Shown: in pieces, positions 57,839 to 64,000 of the stretch
Layout: each line of letters begins with the position of its first letter
Position numbering within the stretch: the stretch's first letter is position 1
Assembly (NCBI GenBank): GCA_002869275.1
Contig: PKTF01000131.1
Coordinates: forward strand, 4,892-68,891
Source of the DNA: Ignavibacteria bacterium
GTDB taxonomy: Bacteria; Bacteroidota; Ignavibacteria; SZUA-365
Length of the DNA stretch: 64,000 nt
Direction: 5' to 3'
The notes under the pieces: model-generated
Told to the model about the DNA's origin: nothing
The model's input: only the letters and a program-made list of their open reading frames with translations
Databases searched by the model: none
Made by a program: the position numbers and the translations under genes

Positions 57839-59155
57839 TTGAATCCCAGCAGGCGATACCCTATTTTCCATCATTCCACGGACACTATCCATGTGGTGCA
57901 CATGACGGACAACAGTACAACCATCACCGACAGGGCCTCAAGTTTCGTACAGAGGCACTTCGCGGAGCATCATGATGAGGCGTTGACCTATCACAACATC
58001 GCGCATACCATGGAGGTTGTCGATGCCGCTGCACGTATCGGAGAAGCCTGTGGATTGACCGGTGCCGATCTCGAGGTCGTCATACTGGCTGCGTGGTTCC
58101 ACGATGTCGGTATCACAGAGGTGTACCTCAATCATGAAGATCGAAGTGTCGAGATTGCTGAACGCTTTCTGCGGGAGCATGATTATCATCCTGAAAACAT
58201 CAGAGCGGTTTCGCGCTGTATCATGGTGACCTCCGTGCATGTGCATCCGAGCACCCTGCAGGAAGAGGTGATCTGCGACGCGGATCTCGAGCATCTGGGC
58301 CGAAAGACGTTCTGGAAACGCGCGGAACTGCTGCGCCATGAGTGGGAGGTCAAACTCGGCAAGGTCTTTTCGGACCTCGATTGGCTGCGCAGCCAGCAGC
58401 GCTTCCTTCAGGAGTTTTCGTTTTACACAGAGGAAGCGAAAACCGCACGACTGCGGAGGTTGGAGAAGAACAGGGCAAAAGTCGATCAGGTACTGGAATC
58501 TCTCGAGAAAGGTGGCACCATGGCTGAAGCGATAGAACGCATTGATGGAAAGAAAGACGGTAAAGGGAAGAACAAGGTCAAGACCGATTTTATGGGACGA
58601 GGGGACCGTGGCGTTGAAACCATGTTCCGTACGACATCCAGGAACCACGTTACCTTCAGTTCGATGGTCGACAGCAAAGCGAATATCATGCTGAGTATCA
58701 ACGCCCTTGTGATATCGGTCGTCATCAGCGTTCTGTTTCGAAAGCTGGATACGAATCCCTACATGGCTATTCCGACCTTCCTGTTCCTCGGAGTCTGTCT
58801 TACCACCATCGTGTTTGCCGTACTCGCGTCACGTCCGAAAGTGTCTTCCGGGACGTTCACACGGGAGGATATAGAAAACAAGGCTGTGAACCTGCTGTTC
58901 TTCGGGAATTTCTACAACGTCTCTGTCGATGATTTCGAATGGGGCATGCAGGAAATGCTCAAGGACAAGGACTACCTGTACGGGAGCATGATACGGGATT
59001 TCTACTACCTGGGCCAGGTACTCGGCAAAAAGTACCGCTACCTGAGAATTTCCTACAACGTCTTCATGTACGGCTTCGTCGCATCCATCCTGCTCTACGT
59101 CATCATGTTCATGGTTTTTGCGAACCAGCCCATCGACCTTGTCCCTTTTGAATGA
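57839..59155 (+). CDS. HD-domain phosphohydrolase fused to a C-terminal Pycsar-effector-like (DUF5706-type) transmembrane domain
   Basis: HD motifs YHNIAHTMEV ... AAWFHDVG ... ICDADLEHLG; Lys-rich linker; three or four predicted TM helices (NIMLSINALVISVVISVLF, YMAIPTFLFLGVCLTTIVFAVLA, VFMYGFVASILLYVIMFMVF). An alternative start is the Met at 57902. Confidence 0.65.
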   Translation: MNPSRRYPIFHHSTDTIHVVHMTDNSTTITDRASSFVQRHFAEHHDEALTYHNIAHTMEVVDAAARIGEACGLTGADLEVVILAAWFHDVGITEVYLNHEDRSVEIAERFLREHDYHPENIRAVSRCIMVTSVHVHPSTLQEEVICDADLEHLGRKTFWKRAELLRHEWEVKLGKVFSDLDWLRSQQRFLQEFSFYTEEAKTARLRRLEKNRAKVDQVLESLEKGGTMAEAIERIDGKKDGKGKNKVKTDFMGRGDRGVETMFRTTSRNHVTFSSMVDSKANIMLSINALVISVVISVLFRKLDTNPYMAIPTFLFLGVCLTTIVFAVLASRPKVSSGTFTREDIENKAVNLLFFGNFYNVSVDDFEWGMQEMLKDKDYLYGSMIRDFYYLGQVLGKKYRYLRISYNVFMYGFVASILLYVIMFMVFANQPIDLVPFE

Positions 59156-59255
59156 AGAATTGTAAGCCAGAAGGCTGACGAGGGTGCTGAGAATATCAGT
59201 TTATGGACTGATATAGCGGCATGTAATATCAGCGTACAGACTGATACGGACATAG

Positions 59256-59316
59256 AAAAATCAGGCCGCGGCCTGATGATTTGATCGATCCGCCCCCGGT
59301 TTTCATGCCGGGGGCG
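59256..59316 (-). terminator. Tandem hairpins terminating the convergent HD-domain gene and the NHL-repeat lipoprotein gene
   Basis: TCAGGCCGCGGCCTGA palindrome (59261-59276) with AAAAA on its plus-strand 5' side, which reads TTTTT after the hairpin on the minus strand. Second hairpin CGCCCCCGG ttttcatg CCGGGGGCG (59291-59316). Confidence 0.55.
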
Positions 59317-59329
59317 TTGCCATTTCAGA

Positions 59330-60406
59330 TCAATCGAGTTCCGTCGAGAGGACGAAACGCAGTATCCTGTTGTTTCCCGTGTCGGCGATGTACAATGTGC
59401 GGTCGAAGTATGCGACGCCTTCGGGCTCATCAAACTGTTCCTTTCCTCCGAAAGCCTGTGTGATGAAGCCGGAGGAGGTGAAGCGGAACAGGCTGTCCAG
59501 TCCCGCGTCGATAACGAAAATATTTCCCGCGTCGTCGGCGGTAATGTCTTCAGGGCGGTCAAAGAGACTGACGCGCAGCAAATCGAGGTCGCCGTCCCTC
59601 GCCGGACTGTAGAACGATTCCCATTGCGTGATATCACCGGTGGTGCGCTGAGTAATCCACTGTGCACGGAACAGCGATTTCTCACCTTTCTGTGTGAAGA
59701 GAAAATCACTGGAGTACGGAGAGATGGTCGATATGCTGGTCGGGACGGTCATCGTTGCGAGGCCGGTACCGTCGATACTGAGGCCGGGCCATTCCACGCG
59801 CGGCCGCAGCTCGTCTTCTCTGTTGAACAGCATGACAGCGTCGTCGGGATCGACGAGGCTGCTGTTGTTCGGTCCGGTCCGCGTCACATAATAACTGTTG
59901 TCACCGAGAACGGTGACGCCCGTGAATCTCCGGTCGGGATTCAGGGCATCGAAGTAGACGCGTTCCACGCGGGCGCCGGCGATGCTGTGTCCGGCATCGA
60001 CGAGATGGACGCGGTATATCGCACCGAATGTCGCCTGTCTGCCGCCGATCGTCGTATCGAATTCGCCGCAGACCAGAAGGTCGAGACGGTAGTCCTGGGA
60101 AATTGCCGTCGGACGGAGTATCTCCGATGAGCTTCCGATCACCGTTCCGGCAACGTCGAGCATGGTCACACGATGCGCCCCGCGTTCAGCGACATAAATG
60201 AACGGCTCAAAACCGAGATGGACGTCAGCCGGTTCCTCGAAACCTGTCCAGATCGGCTGCTGCAGGACATAGGAGGTGTCGCCGTAGCTGTTCGGAGGCG
60301 CAGTCGTACCGAGATCGGAGGCATCGAAGGTGTCTCCGCATGCACTCGCCAGCAGTGCTGTCAGGGCGATCAAAAGGGGGAACGTGTATTTCGTCTTGTG
60401 TACCAT
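59330..60406 (-). CDS. NHL-repeat beta-propeller lipoprotein
   Basis: Lipobox LLASAC; repeated NHL-type blocks (GNIFVIDAGLDSLFRF, PEGVAYFDRTLYIADTGNNRILRF). Confidence 0.65.
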   Translation of the reverse strand: MVHKTKYTFPLLIALTALLASACGDTFDASDLGTTAPPNSYGDTSYVLQQPIWTGFEEPADVHLGFEPFIYVAERGAHRVTMLDVAGTVIGSSSEILRPTAISQDYRLDLLVCGEFDTTIGGRQATFGAIYRVHLVDAGHSIAGARVERVYFDALNPDRRFTGVTVLGDNSYYVTRTGPNNSSLVDPDDAVMLFNREDELRPRVEWPGLSIDGTGLATMTVPTSISTISPYSSDFLFTQKGEKSLFRAQWITQRTTGDITQWESFYSPARDGDLDLLRVSLFDRPEDITADDAGNIFVIDAGLDSLFRFTSSGFITQAFGGKEQFDEPEGVAYFDRTLYIADTGNNRILRFVLSTELD

Positions 60407-60409
60407 GTG

Positions 60410-61411
60410 TCATAGTCCCAGGCGTAGGGTAATACGATGAACGCCGCCAAGGCGTCCGAATTCAGCGTACGCGTAATCCACGCCGCCGCGTCCGAAACCG
60501 ATCGGGGCGTTGATGCCCGCACCGGCAGTCAGTCCTTCTTCGTCGACGTTCAGCTTGTATCCGGCGCGTACAAAGAAGAGTTCGTTCCAGGCATACTCCG
60601 CACCGACGGATACGTTTTCGCTGTTGTCGTTCGGATGGTTGAGCTGAATGGACGTCGTCAGCCGGTTGTAGTCATCCTCATAGGGCTCGAAGGCGAATCC
60701 GATACGGAACATCGTTGGAGGAGAAAACTCCTGGAAGGAAGAAACCTCTTCCCCGCGCGGGAGGTCGACGGTGCCTTCGGGAGCCACGTTGTTTCCAAAA
60801 TTTGAAACGGTGACCGAAAACCGTGTGCTCCCGAGTCCGGTCCAGTAATACGTCCCCAGGTCGATCATGACCGCGCGCGTTTTCAGCACGTCAATGGTTT
60901 CCTCCACGTATCGTACTGTGGCACCGAAGGAAAACTGTGCGGTGAGCTGCCGCGCGTAAGAGAGTCCGATCCCGATGTCGCCGTAGCTGAAATAGCGGCC
61001 GGTTCCGAGCGGCTGTGTCTCGGTGCGCACTTCCATGTCCTCGGTATGCAGAGCGGTGAAGGAAAGTCCGACCGCGTCTGATTCCGACAGGCGGTAGATA
61101 CCCGCAACGAATTCGTGCTGCAGGTCCACCACCCAGTTCGTATGCGAAAACATCGCTTCGTGTCCCGCACACTGGACCATACCGGCGGGATTGTAATGGA
61201 GCGAGGACGCATCATCGGCGACGGCTATGAACGCTTCGGCCATGCCGACTGCTCGTGCGCCTGTCCCGATCTTGAGGAACTGCAGGGAGGAAATGCCCGC
61301 GCGCTGTCCGCCGAGAAGCGGTATCAGCTGCGCCTGGGAGGATGAAATGAGAGTCAGCAGCAGCAGTGCCGTTGCGGATATTCGCAGAAATGTGGTCATA
61401 ACATGTTTCAT
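60410..61411 (-). CDS. PorV/PorQ-family T9SS-associated outer-membrane protein
   Basis: Signal peptide, then FLKIGTGARAVGMAEAFIAVADDASSLHYNPAGM, which matches the conserved N-terminal block of the PorV/PorQ (FadL-like) family; 333 aa. Confidence 0.6.
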   Translation of the reverse strand: MKHVMTTFLRISATALLLLTLISSSQAQLIPLLGGQRAGISSLQFLKIGTGARAVGMAEAFIAVADDASSLHYNPAGMVQCAGHEAMFSHTNWVVDLQHEFVAGIYRLSESDAVGLSFTALHTEDMEVRTETQPLGTGRYFSYGDIGIGLSYARQLTAQFSFGATVRYVEETIDVLKTRAVMIDLGTYYWTGLGSTRFSVTVSNFGNNVAPEGTVDLPRGEEVSSFQEFSPPTMFRIGFAFEPYEDDYNRLTTSIQLNHPNDNSENVSVGAEYAWNELFFVRAGYKLNVDEEGLTAGAGINAPIGFGRGGVDYAYAEFGRLGGVHRITLRLGL

Positions 61412-64000
61412 AGCGTCACCGATACTCCTGCGCGGATATTGCGCGGCGCGAGGTAACGTGCTGGGTTGTAGGGGTACGGATTCAGCGGCGCCTGGAGGTC
61501 GGGATACAGCGGGTCGTTGTATCCTCCAGGTGTGGGATCGCCGTATTCATAGGCACGGCCGGTGATGGGATTGATAATCGCGGCATTCTCGTTTCCGAGA
61601 AGATTCGTGACTTCAATGAGTATGCCGAGATCGATTCCGCCGATGTTGAGATGCTTTTCGATGTTCACGTCGAGGTAGAACCAGTCTTCACCGATTTCAC
61701 CGTAAATGTTGTCCCGGTCGCGGTTGTAAATGGGCCTTCCCGTGTTCGGATCAATGCCGACCAGGAGCTGCGGGGTGTAGCGCTTGCCGGACTGGAAGAA
61801 CGCACGCAGGTACATGTTCAGGTCCTCGAGCAGTCCGATGCCGAGCAGACCTTCTCCGGGCGGCACGTAGAAACTCGCACTGAGCGATGCCTGCAGAGGC
61901 CGATCCCAGATCAGATAGTTCTCCTTGATCGATTCCTCGAGATCTCCACGCTGCACGAGCGCTCCTTCGTCGGGTGAGGAACTCTTGCCCGTCGCGATAC
62001 TGTAGGCGAAGCTTGCCGTACCGCGGAACCAGCGCCCGATACGCTTTTTATACTCCAGTTCCACGCCGCGCGTACGCGCATAGTCCTGGTTGATATAGGT
62101 CACGAAGGAACCGCCGGAGAAGCGCGAGCTCGCGATCGTCGCGGATTTCGTGCTGACGTAATCGAAAATGTCTTTGTAGTACGCGGTCAGTGTGAGTACG
62201 TCATCCTCGGTGAACTGGTTGCGCAGACCGAGCTCATACGCCACAGTGGTTTCAGGATCGAGGTCCGGGTTTCCGAATTTCTGGAACGTCGATTTCGCGC
62301 TGACCGGATTGAGTTTCGCGTACACGAACTGCGGGCGCGGCCTCTTCGTAAAATGTCCGTACGAGAAGAACAGCGTCTGGTTATCGGAGATCGGATGGGA
62401 GATACCAAGCCGGGGACTCAACCGCGCCTTGAAACGTCGATCAAACAGTCCGAAAGTGTTGTCCATATACGAGTCGCGGACGTCGTCGGGAATCGTGATC
62501 ACCTCGGGATTGTTCACGGCGTCGTCTACGAATTTACCCGGCATCCACCAGTCCAGCCGCAATCCGAAATTCAGGATCATGCCGCTGAAATTCACGTTGT
62601 CCTGCGCGTACATGGCCCCGTAGGCCGGGTGGACGGTGTAGATATCGTTGTTGAGCCCCAGTTCGCCGAGCCACGGTTTGTAGATGTCGACCACCTGCAT
62701 CTCACCCCAGGTCGCGTCGAGACCTGCCTTGAACTTGCTGCGCTCTGAAAGGTTGCTCGTGAAATCCGCCTTGAAGGTATAGTTCACGACATGGTGGTCG
62801 TGCCAGGTGAAGCCGTTTCCGGTATCCCAGAAGCCGTCACCCGGAATCACACCGACGTAGTCTGTCTCCTGGTTGTAGTACTCGACAGGGAAGGTGATCA
62901 GGTCCTTGGGTTCCTGGTACTGGGTCCAGTCCTTGCCGTTCGCATCGGCGCGCAGATTTGTGTGAAAGCGGCTCAGCTTCAGCTCGTAGAACGAATTGCT
63001 GTTGATGGTGTGCGTCCAGCTGAGCGTATGGAAAATCGTGTTGTGCGTATAGGTATTCGCCGCATCGAGGATATTCTGGAACTCGTATTGATACCCCGGA
63101 CTCGGTTCGACATACTCGAGATTCGTCTGCAGGGACTGCGAGTTCTGGTTGATGCTGACGGACTGGTTATACGAGTACCGCAGTTTTTTCGTGGGCGAAA
63201 AAGCCCAGGTGACTTTTCCGAGCCAGAACCAGTTGTTGTCCTGTTTCGGCGCGAAGCGCGTCCCGCCGAACGTGCTCGAGTACAGCTGGTTTGCCACGAC
63301 CTCGCGATAATCGCCTGTCGGCTGACCGTCGCGAATGATCGGTGTCAGGCGGGTGAATCCGTCAGTGAAGCCGGCGTAGAAATTGCCGAAGAGCGACAGC
63401 GTGCCGGGGAGGTCGATTCCCATTGCCGGCAGCAGGTAGCTGGTGATGGGTTCGGGTCCGCCCATTGACGCTTCGGTGATATCGGTGTTCCAGTTTGAGC
63501 GCGTGTCGCTGTTCACCCCGAGGTTGTCACGTTTATGTGCCAGATAGAGCGAGTACCTCTCGGTGGCATCCTTTGTGGTGACATTGACCACGCCCGAGGT
63601 TGCCTGTCCGTACTCGGCGTTGAAGCCGCCGGTGATGACTTCCAGTTCCTGAATGGATGCAGCGCTGAGCTGGAGGCCGAACCCTGTTCCCGAGAGAGGA
63701 TCCTGTACCGAGATTCCGTCGAGCAGAAACGCGTTTTCATACGCGCGTCCGCCGCGTATGTGAATACCCTCGTCGGATTTCACGACGCCGGTCTGCTGCG
63801 CAACCACATCCGTGACGTTCTCGATGACCGCCACTTCGATATCCTCGGCGGTGACGGTGCGTGAACTCGCCGTTTCCTCGATATCCATGAGCGGTTTCTG
63901 TCCGATGATGACGACGGCCTCGTCCATCGTGAGGATGGTCTCTTCCATCTCGAAATTGAGAGTCAGTTTCTGGCCTGCTTTTACTTCTACACCGGTTTTC
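61408..64000 (-). CDS. TonB-dependent receptor-like outer-membrane protein; N-terminus beyond the window end
   Basis: Plug-domain motifs IHIRGGRAYENAFLLDGISVQDP ... ITGGFNAEYGQATSGVVNVTTK. Long barrel with a C-terminal NIRAGVSVTL. The frame is open upstream to the window edge. Confidence 0.7.
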   Translation of the reverse strand, partial: KTGVEVKAGQKLTLNFEMEETILTMDEAVVIIGQKPLMDIEETASSRTVTAEDIEVAVIENVTDVVAQQTGVVKSDEGIHIRGGRAYENAFLLDGISVQDPLSGTGFGLQLSAASIQELEVITGGFNAEYGQATSGVVNVTTKDATERYSLYLAHKRDNLGVNSDTRSNWNTDITEASMGGPEPITSYLLPAMGIDLPGTLSLFGNFYAGFTDGFTRLTPIIRDGQPTGDYREVVANQLYSSTFGGTRFAPKQDNNWFWLGKVTWAFSPTKKLRYSYNQSVSINQNSQSLQTNLEYVEPSPGYQYEFQNILDAANTYTHNTIFHTLSWTHTINSNSFYELKLSRFHTNLRADANGKDWTQYQEPKDLITFPVEYYNQETDYVGVIPGDGFWDTGNGFTWHDHHVVNYTFKADFTSNLSERSKFKAGLDATWGEMQVVDIYKPWLGELGLNNDIYTVHPAYGAMYAQDNVNFSGMILNFGLRLDWWMPGKFVDDAVNNPEVITIPDDVRDSYMDNTFGLFDRRFKARLSPRLGISHPISDNQTLFFSYGHFTKRPRPQFVYAKLNPVSAKSTFQKFGNPDLDPETTVAYELGLRNQFTEDDVLTLTAYYKDIFDYVSTKSATIASSRFSGGSFVTYINQDYARTRGVELEYKKRIGRWFRGTASFAYSIATGKSSSPDEGALVQRGDLEESIKENYLIWDRPLQASLSASFYVPPGEGLLGIGLLEDLNMYLRAFFQSGKRYTPQLLVGIDPNTGRPIYNRDRDNIYGEIGEDWFYLDVNIEKHLNIGGIDLGILIEVTNLLGNENAAIINPITGRAYEYGDPTPGGYNDPLYPDLQAPLNPYPYNPARYLAPRNIRAGVSVTL

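Noticed and set aside
57839-59155. Complete Pycsar (cyclic pyrimidine) antiphage system
   Set aside because: Only the effector-like membrane domain is present, fused to an HD domain; no nucleotide cyclase gene anywhere in the window, and the neighbours are phosphate-metabolism genes.

Overview
This 64 kb window is a GC-rich (about 58%), densely coding chromosomal segment. It most likely comes from a bacterium of the Fibrobacteres-Chlorobi-Bacteroidetes superphylum (Bacteroidota, Rhodothermota or Ignavibacteriota-like). The basis is several components of the type IX secretion system (T9SS): a PorX-type receiver-PglZ regulator, a giant adhesin ending in a type-A T9SS C-terminal sorting domain, a PorV/PorQ-family outer-membrane protein, a GWxTD protein and a DUF3108 protein. 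The first about 38 kb is mostly housekeeping. On the minus strand there is an operon porX-tsaE-tsaB-accD-panC-panD-glmU. Further on are adk, rlmN, ctp, nadC, rng, and a long plus-strand operon dnaN-recF-DUF721(dciA-like)-mnmE-gyrB-GWxTD-pdxA-ftsE-(DnaQ exonuclease/GIY-YIG fusion). The last about 26 kb is dominated by outer-membrane and envelope proteins. These include three Omp85/BamA-like barrels with unrelated N-terminal modules, a candidate metal-uptake trio (His/Cys-rich small membrane protein, lipoprotein, TonB-dependent receptor), and a phosphate-metabolism neighbourhood PAP2-SixA-PPK1 followed by an HD-domain protein fused to a Pycsar-effector-like transmembrane module. I saw no rRNA, tRNA, CRISPR array or obvious mobile element. 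Many long ORFs in the track are antisense shadows of real genes, as expected at this GC content. All functional calls rest on motif recognition in the translated ORFs; none was confirmed by a database search.
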